This document shows positions 16,089 to 24,889 of a stretch of DNA of 35,237 nt, one piece after another. Below the pieces are notes generated by a model that did not search any database, was not told where the DNA came from, and saw only the letters and a program-made list of their open reading frames with translations. The first letter of the stretch is position 1. Every line of letters begins with the position of its first letter. Both the position numbers and the translations under genes were made by a program. Origin of the DNA: Methanosarcinales archaeon (lineage in GTDB: Archaea; Halobacteriota; Methanosarcinia; Methanosarcinales; Methanogasteraceae); assembly GCA_030606635.1 (NCBI GenBank), contig JAUWGA010000001.1, positions 1 to 35,237 on the forward strand, read 5' to 3'.

Positions 16089-18083
16089 ATGTCAGCAATC
16101 AAGAATGCAAGTATAATCCTGGTACTCCTGATCATCGCATTCTCATCAGGCGGCGGATGCGTGCAGGCAGATGATGCGCGTGGCGGATACATATTCACAA
16201 TCGACTTCGATACCAGTTCATCCACCGATTACTGGTACGGATACTACGGCAGCGTCATACCCGCATCGGAAAATCCGCACCGTCTCGATACCGAAACCCG
16301 GATACAGGAGATCGACATAAACCGGACCGGCGGATGTCTGCTTATAACCGATTCACAGGATGTGCCAAACCCGGCATACCTGATCGCTGGCAACCCTGCC
16401 ACGATCGATACCATCACCGGTACTGGCTATGATTCCGGGAGCAGGACGTTTACAGAAACTGCCGACTACACAATCTATGATCGGATCCTGCCTGCGCCAA
16501 CTGCATACATATTTGGGAACTGTTCCGAGTCCACGTTTAAGGAGGGGTTCTTCACAGAACAGGGCAAGGACAATCTCGTATTCATAGCCCCGGTCGTCGA
16601 GAGCGGCACCTGCTACAACGCGATGTCCTGCAATTTCCAGTTCATACTTCCGAATAACCCGGTAAGCCCGATGACCTACTATATGTACTATATTCCGGCA
16701 ATACCGCCGACCGAGCCATCCGCGATCTCTCTGACCGCAGACCCGGGTATCATCGAAGCGGATGGGACAAACAACTCAACAATAACCGCTACCGTTACAG
16801 ATGAGTCTGGCAGAATGATAAATGAGACCGAGGTTACATTCTCCACAACACTTGGGGGCATAACTCCACTGACGGCAGTAACTGCAAATGGCACCACAAC
16901 TACCATCCTGACCTCTTCAACTTCTCCGGGAACCGCGGTTGTAGAAGGAACCGTCGCAAACAAGACATCCGTAACGCAAGCGTCGACGCCGGAGGCGTTA
17001 CGCGATACCGTCCATATCCCATTCATAAGAACTGCTGAAGCCGGATGTAACGGAACACTGGAAAATGTTACTGTAACGGTAATAGGAACCGGGGTCAGGG
17101 TGGATGCTACAACGGTAACGATCAAAGACGGTGCTGTAACTATCACTACAACCAAAGAGAATGCAACACTACTCGCGGGTACTGCAACCGTGGGTATGGT
17201 TATTTCCATACCCATAAAAGGCGGCACTCTTGAGACAACGCTTAAAGATGACGCAACCGCAGTTACCGACACTGTTATCGGAAACATAAGCAAGACAAAA
17301 CTGAACACGCCTCCGGAAGAATACATAACATCGATGACCGAGGTTGGAACCGCTTCCGTAGACCTTGATGTTGAATTTCAAGCGACATTTACACCCTACA
17401 GAGGACTCTCCTTTACGACAACGCTGGTAGAACGATACGGAGATCTTAAACATCTGAATGTTTCTGACACCTCCCGACTGAAGGAAATGCTTGCTGACTA
17501 TTTCGGCGTTGATGCTTCTACAATCGCCAACAATACCCCTATCTTGGTATATTCTAAGCTGTCTGCAACGGACCTCACCCGGTCAGAGGTCACAGGAGTG
17601 CCGATCAGTATAACCCTGAACAAAGATTGGTTCGATACCGTGGCAGGAGGTGACCCGGGTAATGTCGTGCTCTTCAAGATCAATGAGACGACCGGCGAGA
17701 TAGAAGGCGACATAACCATGATACCGGAGTCTATCACTATAACCGGTAACCGGGTTACATTCCGCGCGACATTCGACCATTTCTCTGTATTCGCAATCAT
17801 TGCCCGACCACCAGCAGCCACCCCTCACAAAGGGGGCGGTGGCGGAACATATCCACCAGTTTTGACTGTGACACCAACAATCACCCCCACGCCCACTCCC
17901 GTGGAGCCGACCGTGGTAGCCGTGGGGACGCTGACGCCAACGGTAGCAGCGGCTTGGGCGGAACCGGAGGAAACCCCTGGGCAAGAAGAATGGTCCTATC
18001 CCATAAGGATAATCCTGCTCGCCATTGCTGCTGGCATCTTCATAATCTTTATATTATGGAGATCACGAAATGATGGTGGATGA
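16089..18083 (+). CDS. Membrane-anchored surface protein: N-terminal WxxYYG domain, invasin-type Ig (Big_1) domain, PGF-pre-PGF-like domain, Pro/Thr linker and C-terminal TM (putative filament base/anchor)
   Basis: Signal peptide. DDARGGYI...WYGYYGS. Big_1-like ISLTADP..IEADG..STITATVTD..VTFSTTLG. FDHFSVFAI. GGGGG plus TPT repeats. TM followed by WRSR. Confidence 0.8.
   Translation: MSAIKNASIILVLLIIAFSSGGGCVQADDARGGYIFTIDFDTSSSTDYWYGYYGSVIPASENPHRLDTETRIQEIDINRTGGCLLITDSQDVPNPAYLIAGNPATIDTITGTGYDSGSRTFTETADYTIYDRILPAPTAYIFGNCSESTFKEGFFTEQGKDNLVFIAPVVESGTCYNAMSCNFQFILPNNPVSPMTYYMYYIPAIPPTEPSAISLTADPGIIEADGTNNSTITATVTDESGRMINETEVTFSTTLGGITPLTAVTANGTTTTILTSSTSPGTAVVEGTVANKTSVTQASTPEALRDTVHIPFIRTAEAGCNGTLENVTVTVIGTGVRVDATTVTIKDGAVTITTTKENATLLAGTATVGMVISIPIKGGTLETTLKDDATAVTDTVIGNISKTKLNTPPEEYITSMTEVGTASVDLDVEFQATFTPYRGLSFTTTLVERYGDLKHLNVSDTSRLKEMLADYFGVDASTIANNTPILVYSKLSATDLTRSEVTGVPISITLNKDWFDTVAGGDPGNVVLFKINETTGEIEGDITMIPESITITGNRVTFRATFDHFSVFAIIARPPAATPHKGGGGGTYPPVLTVTPTITPTPTPVEPTVVAVGTLTPTVAAAWAEPEETPGQEEWSYPIRIILLAIAAGIFIIFILWRSRNDGG
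16972..17000. mobile_element. Short (25 bp plus TA duplication) palindromic MITE-like element inserted in frame
   Basis: TA-ACGCAAGCGTCGACGCCGGAGGCGT-TA. Removing 27 bp restores S-V-R-D. Its reverse complement shares 22 identical nt with 19235-19256. Confidence 0.8.
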
Positions 18084-18153
18084 TCGCACGATAATCTTTT
18101 TATAAAAGCGTATTAAAGAGTAATGCCACTAACATAAATAAGGAGGTTGTGGT

Positions 18154-19932
18154 ATGGGTCAACATCTGAAGCAACAACTGAAATATATATTAATTATAGT
18201 ATGTGTCATCGCGTCTGTGCCGGCTGCGTGTGCAGAGAGGGGCCAGGTAGTTATCAACTCTGGCGACTGGAGGGATGTGTACTCTTCCATAATGTATGCA
18301 AACTTGCGCGGGATGCCTGCTTCGTTCATCACCGACGCACCACACGCAACCGCTCTGCCGAACTATCTCGACAAGGATCCGGATATCCTGCTTGTCGAGT
18401 CCGAAACGTCACCGTTCTTTGCAAATTACGAAGGGACGCTGACCAATGAGGGGTTTGTGGTTTCAGGGACATACAAGTCTCCGGGTGGGGTAGAAGCAAA
18501 CCTACATTTCATAAGAGAACTCCCTGATATAACGAACTTTATCGTACTGGATGATTCTTATGGGTATAACGCGATCTCTGTTGCGCCTTATTCCGTCAAA
18601 AGCAGGTCATGGGTCTTGTTTGCCGATCATGATAACATCGATGAGCTATCCGGTTTTCTTGGTGGGCGCACCGTTAACAATCTATTGATCTACGGTCGTG
18701 TGGACCGGCAGGTAAATGATTCGTTGAGCATATACAATCCTGAGATCGTCGATTATGGTGACAGGTTCGATAACAACATCGCAATCGTTGAGAAATACCA
18801 GGATATATCGGAAGCCAGCCAGATCGTCTTTACGAATGGAGAGTTCATCGAGAACGAGATCATGTCAGGAAGAGAGCCGGTGCTCTTCATCGGCACAAAC
18901 GTCATTCCCGAGCAGACGGTCAACTATCTGAATGGGAGCGGGATCGAGACCGGTGTGGTCATAGGCAATGCCCTGACCGATGCCGCAAGCATGATAACAG
19001 CACGCACCGATATGCATGTCTTCATCAAGTTCGGGCAGGGAAGAGCCGGAGGTGGCGGTGGCGGCTTCAGTCTTGTTGAGGCGCTCGATGAATTCCCGCT
19101 GCCGAAGTACGAGCTTATCATGTCTGTCGTCTCTGTGGACTACAATCAGGGCACCGGAGGACTGGAGGTCGTCTACCAAAACGATGCGAACATCGATATC
19201 TTCTCCAAATCCTCAGTAAGTGTATTCGTTGACGGTAACGCCTCCGGCGTCGACGCCCGGGACGGAGAAATTTTCACGGGCGTTACACAGGTCGCAACGG
19301 TCGGGGATGAAGAGGCGATCGTTATCACCGAAGGAACTACGTCCGGCGTTTCGTACGACTGCCCGGAACTGGCAGCGCAAGAATCGCTGGAGACCGCAAA
19401 CATCACGGCTGATGTGTATGCAGTCTTCGGGGAATCAGAAAGATCGCTTAATAGATTGTTGCAACAGACGCTTGGGGTTGGCGTAATCACCTTTGTGGAC
19501 CGATCGAGCATTGATGCAACAGAGGTACTCTACACCAAAAAGACAGAGCGTCTCTCGGTAACGGTCACCAATACAGGAGATGTGCCGTGCTATGTCTGTC
19601 CTGATGTTCTGTTGCGCATCGGTGGGCGAGAGCAATCGTATAGAGTGGTTGACGACCCCCTGTATCTGCCAGCTGTCGGGAGTGTGTCTCCATCTTGCAG
19701 GATCGATATGACCGATGCAGACATCGCAGACAACCCGATCGTCCCGGTACATATCTCTTACGGAGAGCGCGAGAAGATGCTTGGGAAGGGTCTGGACAAG
19801 GAGCTACCTCTGGAGATTGTTTCCACGTTTAACACAAAGCAACTCTTTGCCAACCCCGCGATCCTTGCAGGGCTTGCTATAGCCGTCATCATTTCGGCTG
19901 TGATCCTGCTGATGAGACGAAGAAAGAAGTAG
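18154..19932 (+). CDS. Membrane-anchored secreted protein with cell-wall-binding-2-like N-terminal repeats and C-terminal Ig-like domains
   Basis: Signal peptide. CWB2-like segments (YNAISVAPY..WVLF, YGDRFDNN, EPVLFIG). C-terminal TM plus RRRKK. TTTATAAA box and AGGAGGT RBS upstream. Confidence 0.72.
   Translation: MGQHLKQQLKYILIIVCVIASVPAACAERGQVVINSGDWRDVYSSIMYANLRGMPASFITDAPHATALPNYLDKDPDILLVESETSPFFANYEGTLTNEGFVVSGTYKSPGGVEANLHFIRELPDITNFIVLDDSYGYNAISVAPYSVKSRSWVLFADHDNIDELSGFLGGRTVNNLLIYGRVDRQVNDSLSIYNPEIVDYGDRFDNNIAIVEKYQDISEASQIVFTNGEFIENEIMSGREPVLFIGTNVIPEQTVNYLNGSGIETGVVIGNALTDAASMITARTDMHVFIKFGQGRAGGGGGGFSLVEALDEFPLPKYELIMSVVSVDYNQGTGGLEVVYQNDANIDIFSKSSVSVFVDGNASGVDARDGEIFTGVTQVATVGDEEAIVITEGTTSGVSYDCPELAAQESLETANITADVYAVFGESERSLNRLLQQTLGVGVITFVDRSSIDATEVLYTKKTERLSVTVTNTGDVPCYVCPDVLLRIGGREQSYRVVDDPLYLPAVGSVSPSCRIDMTDADIADNPIVPVHISYGEREKMLGKGLDKELPLEIVSTFNTKQLFANPAILAGLAIAVIISAVILLMRRRKK
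19236..19285. mobile_element. Long (46 bp plus TA duplication) form of the palindromic MITE-like element inserted in frame
   Basis: TA-ACGCCTCCGGCGTCGACGCCCGGGACGGAGAAATTTTCACGGGCGT-TA with ACGCC/GGCGT termini. Encodes NASGVDARDGEIFTGV. Removing 48 bp restores D-G-T-Q. Confidence 0.82.
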
Positions 19933-19984
19933 ATAGATAGTATAAGTCATAAACAGGAACGGAGGGCGGATGGATAAATTACCG

Positions 19985-20926
19985 TCATGCTCCATCCCCT
20001 CCCAGTTCCACGCTCGCTCTCCTGTTCGCCCAGCACTGGATGTTCACAGCAACAGGAAGCGATGCGGTGTGGCAGTGCGCATACTCGATATGCACGGCAA
20101 GCGCGGTGATATCTCCGCCAAGCCCCATCGTGCCGATGCCGAGTGAATTGATCGCATCGAGTATCTCCAGCTCGAAATCGTCCATAACGCAAGCGATCAA
20201 AACTCCGTCTCTTGCGTCGACGCCAAAGGCGTTAATGCAAGCATCGACGACAGAGCCGTTAACGCAAGCGTCGACGCCAGAGGTGTTATCGTAGATTTCA
20301 CGCAGTAGCGCCTTCTTTGCAAGGCGGGCTGCCTTGTCAAAGGATCCGCCGATCCCGACGCCAACAATAATCGGAGGACACGGCTTTCCTCCGGCATCTG
20401 CGACTGTCTCGAGGACGAACCGCTTGATATCCGCTACCTGCGAGGGGTTAAGCATCGCAAGCCGGCTCACATTCTCACTTCCAGCACCTTTCGGCAGCAC
20501 AGTAATCCTTATGCGGTCTCCCTCATTGATATCGAGAATAATGTCAGGAAGTCCGATTCCAACGTTTCCGGACGGCTCCCTCCTGGTCGGATGCACCGCG
20601 TTTGGTCTGAGCGGCACGATCTCGGTTGCTTTTTTAACACCGTCCCGTATCGCATCTTTGATGTCAAAATTAATCGCGCAGTCCCTGCCGATCTCGACAA
20701 AGAATATCAATATCCCGGTATCCTGACAGATCGGAACCTTCCGCATCGCTGCGAGTTCGATGTTCTCAAGAATCGCCTCGATCTGCGCTCTTGCGGTGGG
20801 ATCGGTCTCGCGCCCGTGTGCATCCTTTAGTGCTGCCGTCACGTCGTCAGGAAGCCGGGTCTCAGCCCTCAGGAGCAGGTCAACGACGCTCTGCGCCACG
20901 TCCTCGTACGTAATATCTCTGCCCAT
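19985..20926 (-). CDS. Fe-S type fumarate hydratase / tartrate dehydratase alpha subunit, carrying a 34-aa repeat insertion (start could extend to 21025)
   Basis: PICQDTG, LRPN, PKGAGSEN, GKPCPP, GVGIGG, GIGTMGLGG and HTASLPVAVNIQCWANR. Confidence 0.93.
   Translation of the reverse strand: MGRDITYEDVAQSVVDLLLRAETRLPDDVTAALKDAHGRETDPTARAQIEAILENIELAAMRKVPICQDTGILIFFVEIGRDCAINFDIKDAIRDGVKKATEIVPLRPNAVHPTRREPSGNVGIGLPDIILDINEGDRIRITVLPKGAGSENVSRLAMLNPSQVADIKRFVLETVADAGGKPCPPIIVGVGIGGSFDKAARLAKKALLREIYDNTSGVDACVNGSVVDACINAFGVDARDGVLIACVMDDFELEILDAINSLGIGTMGLGGDITALAVHIEYAHCHTASLPVAVNIQCWANRRASVELGGDGA
20185..20288. mobile_element. Tandem of three copies of the palindromic element: TA-[46]-TA-[25]-TA-[25]-TA
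   Basis: TA dinucleotides at 20185, 20233, 20260 and 20287. Encodes NTSGVDACV-NGSVVDACI-NAFGVDARDGVLIACV. Removing 102 bp restores Y-D-M-D-D-F-E. Confidence 0.85.
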
Positions 20927-21950
20927 GCCCACGCCGCTCCCCCCTACTGCGTTTGTCTCTCCTGCTTCGCGGTCTTGCAAACTGCTTTCGTCCTCTATTT
21001 CTTCCGGATCTTGCATGTTTTTCATCCTTCGCTCTCTTTACACCTGATTTTGCTTCCGTTTCCGGCTTTCCCACCTCTTTTTGCTTTTCAACCGCTATCG
21101 GCTCTCTTGCTTCTTCCACCTCGCTTGCAGTCTCCTCGACCACGATGCCGCGGGGTGCGTCCATCGTGCCGTCCACTACCGCGCTGCGATGGATATTGAT
21201 AGCCCGTGCATGGAGATCGCCAAGTACGTGGTTGCCACTGCCGATGCTGATGTTGCCACTCGCATCGATATTTCCATGAACGGTACAATTTTCATGGATC
21301 GTGATGTCTTTAGCCCTGATGCTTCCGAATAAGGTTGTGTTGCTGCCCATAGATACCGATTCTGCACGGATGTTGCCTTGCAGCCGGCAGTCGTCTCCGA
21401 TATGTGCGGGCTTACCTGTTTCGATCGCGCTGAGCGTGATTCTGGATTTGGCAGGCAGTATCATCATTGGGGCATCGCCACTGTCCGAATCATCGGAAAA
21501 GAGATCATCCAATGCTTTTTCCACCTCTTCGTCCTTGCCGCTGCGTATCAGCTCACTCAGGTATAGATACAGGAAGATGATGAGCGGTATCGGGTTTCTG
21601 ATCGTGATCCAGCCCCTCGCCTCGAATCCGTCCTTGATCGATACATGATCTCCGATGTCAAGATTGCCTGCAACAGCGAGTTTGCCGTCGATCTTCGTAA
21701 ACTCTCCAAGATGGGCGTCGCCATTCGCACGCACTGTGCCTCCGATCTCAGACCTGCGGTCGATGTAAACATCCGAACGTGCAGAGACCTCACCATATAT
21801 CTTCACGTGCTCACCGATCGTGATCTCATCTGCGATGATGCCGTATTCGATGCTGGTGCCGCCACCGATGATCGCACCGCCGTCAACCACAATGGTACGC
21901 TCCTCCATCCTGGTGCCGTCAGGGACGACGAGTGTTTGTGGATCGAACAT
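20880..21950 (-). CDS. Polymer-forming cytoskeletal (bactofilin-like) beta-helix protein
   Basis: Repeated [VI]xGx[VI]xA..[VI]x[IV] units, and the GFEARGWITIRNP motif seen in euryarchaeal members. Confidence 0.8.
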   Translation of the reverse strand: MFDPQTLVVPDGTRMEERTIVVDGGAIIGGGTSIEYGIIADEITIGEHVKIYGEVSARSDVYIDRRSEIGGTVRANGDAHLGEFTKIDGKLAVAGNLDIGDHVSIKDGFEARGWITIRNPIPLIIFLYLYLSELIRSGKDEEVEKALDDLFSDDSDSGDAPMMILPAKSRITLSAIETGKPAHIGDDCRLQGNIRAESVSMGSNTTLFGSIRAKDITIHENCTVHGNIDASGNISIGSGNHVLGDLHARAINIHRSAVVDGTMDAPRGIVVEETASEVEEAREPIAVEKQKEVGKPETEAKSGVKRAKDEKHARSGRNRGRKQFARPRSRRDKRSRGERRGHGQRYYVRGRGAERR

Positions 21951-22144
21951 GTATGCCTCGATGTATGCGCTTTATGGACTTATAATTTTTGCATTTTGAG
22001 GGTTTTGAAGGCATGGGTTGATGGGATGAGGAACAAAAATAGGTAGGAGTATTATGAAACAGTCGCCAGAAAGATTGATGCCAGTAAGGAGTTCAGAGAT
22101 TTCAGAGATCATGGATACGTTGTCTTCGATCCGGAGTATAAAGG

Positions 22145-24859
22145 ATGAACCACACCAAAAAAGCACTCCAAAACGTCAGAGGTGAGGTGTACACCGATCT
22201 TGCGACGCTGTACTGCTATTCAACCGATGCGAGCATCTACCAGGTCATTCCGTCCGCCGTGGTCTGCCCAGGCGATGCAGAAGACGTCCGCGAGTGTGTG
22301 AAGGCGGCAAAGGAACTTGGAATTCCCGTCACAGCAAGGGCTGCCGGAACCAATCTCGCAGGAAGCTCTCTTGGTAGGGGGATTATTCTGGATATCTCAA
22401 AGAAGATGAACCGGATTCTTGGCATCGTGGAGAAAGGCGGTGAATTCTTTGTGGATGTGGAGCCAGGAGTCGTAATAAATGATCTTCAGGCGCATCTCGG
22501 TGAGAAAGGGTTATTTCTCCCGTCCGACCCGTCGAGTTCTGAGATCTGCATGGTGGGTGGCAATATCGGGACGAAGGCGAGCGGGGCTAAGTCTGTGAAA
22601 TATGGGACCACAGATGATTACGTGACTGATGTGGAGTTCGTATCAGCAGACTGCGAGATCATCGACACCGCCAGAGCAGAGACCATCCCGGACCGGATAT
22701 CATCCGGATTATTCGGACTAAAAAAGCGGATACTTGCTGACACCGATACAATAGCACGTCTCGAATCGAAAAGGGACGTAAAGACTGCAAGCGGATATAA
22801 TATCAGGGCGATGCTTGATCAGGACCGCATCGGCGGGATGATCGCACATCTGATGTCCGGAAGCGTCGGAACGCTTGGCATCTTCACACGGATACGGCTA
22901 AAGGTTCTCCCGATCGTATCGGGAACGGCTATCAGTGCGATATACTTCAAAAAGTTATACGATGCCGGCGATGCAGTCCAGCACATCAAGAAACTCGATC
23001 CTGTAAAGATCGAGATGATGGACTCGACTTCTCTTGAAATCGTCCGGGCAGAGCATCCTGACATGGGTATACCTGCGAATACGCGTGCGCTCTTCGTTGA
23101 ATTCGAGGGCGACGACCGAAAATCAAAGATAGACGATCTTGAGCGGATGATTCATGAGCGGTATGATGTATGCTCAATTTTTTCCGAATCAGAGGACGAA
23201 GAAGTACAGGAAAGGATATGGGCCGTCAGAAAAGCGCTCGTCCCGATCCTGACAAACTATGATGCGGATATGAAGCCGGATGCGTTCATCGACGACGTTG
23301 CTGTCAGAATACCTGATCTTGCACCGCTGATATGCGATCTGCATGAGATATTCGAGGAGTATGGCATAACTTCGGCAGTTTACGGACACGCAGGATCTGG
23401 GAATCTGCATATCAGACCGATGCTGAACTTAAACGACCCAAAAAACATCGATCTGCTGCCTGAACTGGTGGATCGTGTCTACGATATCGTATTCAAGTAC
23501 AACGGCACCATGACCGGCGAGCACGGGATGGGGCGACTCAGGACGATGTTCCTCAAAAAAGAGTGGGGTGGCGGGATATACGGCTACATGCAGCAGATAA
23601 AGGAGATTTTCGACCCTGATGACATCCTGAATCCTGATGTAATCTTCAGCGACAGGCAGATCACGGATGATATAAAATACCCGACAGAATATATAAATAG
23701 ATTTGAAAAAAAATGCATCAACTGCGGGTACTGCAAATCAGTCTGTCCGATATCGATCACACTGAAGGGGGAATCAGGTTCGAGGTCGTTTCTACAGCTT
23801 GCAAGGTTCCGAAAACTCGAAAATCCCGGACATGGCGAGTCGCGCATTGCAGGAAAGATGCTTGGCACGTGTCTCGGCTGCTTAAGGTGCGCGACCAGAT
23901 GCCCGAGCCATGCGAGTATCGGAGAACTGCTCTTTTCTCAGAAGACCCCGCCCCTTTATACCAGACAGGCGATGCGTACATGGGCATCTAATTACAACCG
24001 ATTCGAGCGGTATGCGCGGTTCTTTGGGAGGATCGCAATGCCGGCGGCAGAAACACTCCTCGGGAGGGAGCTTCCAAAGATCAGGAGAGCGCCGCTGGTA
24101 CTCGATGAGTGTGTGCAGGAACAGAATCCGGATGCGATGAACGTCGCGGTGTTTGTGGGGTGCGCATCCGCGCTCTTCGATGATCAGGTCGCCTGCTCGA
24201 TGATAAGGGTGCTTGTAAAGAGTGGATTCAATGTCTTTATCCCTGAGCAACAGTGTTGCGGGCTTCCGATGATCGAGGAAGGGATGTACGATCTGGTAAA
24301 GGAGACCGCAAGGAAGAACGTCGCCGCATTCGCTGACGAGAGGTACGACGCCATCGTGACCTCGTGCGCCTCCTGCACCATGATGCTTAAGAAATTCGGG
24401 GAACTGCTGGAAGGGGATGAACTGGGCGACGCCGCGGCGAGGGTGTCATCGATCACATACGATATCGGCGAGTTTCTTGTAAAGCATCTTGACGACGGCA
24501 TGTTGTCGGGAAAGAAACTTGATATCCGTGCAGCATATCACAATCCCTGCCATCTCGCCGCTGCTGGAGTTGGGAATGGGGGCGATATACTTAGAAGAAT
24601 CGTATCCGAGTTTGTCGAACTTGAGGACGGGTGCTGCGGCGGGGCTGGCACATACAGTTTCTTGCATTCGGACCTCTCTGCGAGGATATTCGAGCGGAAA
24701 CTTGACGACATCCGAAAGATCGACCCTGATGTGGTTGTCACCACCTGCCCGAGTTGCGAACTCCAGTTCAGGCACGGTCTCGAGAGGAACGGGGTGGACT
24801 GCGAGGTGCGGAATATCGTCGAGATTCTGGACCGGTATTATGAGGAGAACAGGGTTTGA
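22145..24859 (+). CDS. FAD-linked 2-hydroxyacid oxidoreductase (GlcD/Dld-like) fused to 2x[4Fe-4S] and two CCG (GlpC/HdrD-like) domains
   Basis: YSTDASIY, VEPGV, DPSS, GSVGTLG, GHAGSGNLH and GEHGMG. CxxCxxCxxxCP twice. CCG/SCASC and HNPCH/CCG/CPSC. Confidence 0.92.
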   Translation: MNHTKKALQNVRGEVYTDLATLYCYSTDASIYQVIPSAVVCPGDAEDVRECVKAAKELGIPVTARAAGTNLAGSSLGRGIILDISKKMNRILGIVEKGGEFFVDVEPGVVINDLQAHLGEKGLFLPSDPSSSEICMVGGNIGTKASGAKSVKYGTTDDYVTDVEFVSADCEIIDTARAETIPDRISSGLFGLKKRILADTDTIARLESKRDVKTASGYNIRAMLDQDRIGGMIAHLMSGSVGTLGIFTRIRLKVLPIVSGTAISAIYFKKLYDAGDAVQHIKKLDPVKIEMMDSTSLEIVRAEHPDMGIPANTRALFVEFEGDDRKSKIDDLERMIHERYDVCSIFSESEDEEVQERIWAVRKALVPILTNYDADMKPDAFIDDVAVRIPDLAPLICDLHEIFEEYGITSAVYGHAGSGNLHIRPMLNLNDPKNIDLLPELVDRVYDIVFKYNGTMTGEHGMGRLRTMFLKKEWGGGIYGYMQQIKEIFDPDDILNPDVIFSDRQITDDIKYPTEYINRFEKKCINCGYCKSVCPISITLKGESGSRSFLQLARFRKLENPGHGESRIAGKMLGTCLGCLRCATRCPSHASIGELLFSQKTPPLYTRQAMRTWASNYNRFERYARFFGRIAMPAAETLLGRELPKIRRAPLVLDECVQEQNPDAMNVAVFVGCASALFDDQVACSMIRVLVKSGFNVFIPEQQCCGLPMIEEGMYDLVKETARKNVAAFADERYDAIVTSCASCTMMLKKFGELLEGDELGDAAARVSSITYDIGEFLVKHLDDGMLSGKKLDIRAAYHNPCHLAAAGVGNGGDILRRIVSEFVELEDGCCGGAGTYSFLHSDLSARIFERKLDDIRKIDPDVVVTTCPSCELQFRHGLERNGVDCEVRNIVEILDRYYEENRV

Positions 24860-24889
24860 GGTTTACGCCGTTTGAAAGGGGCTATCGAG

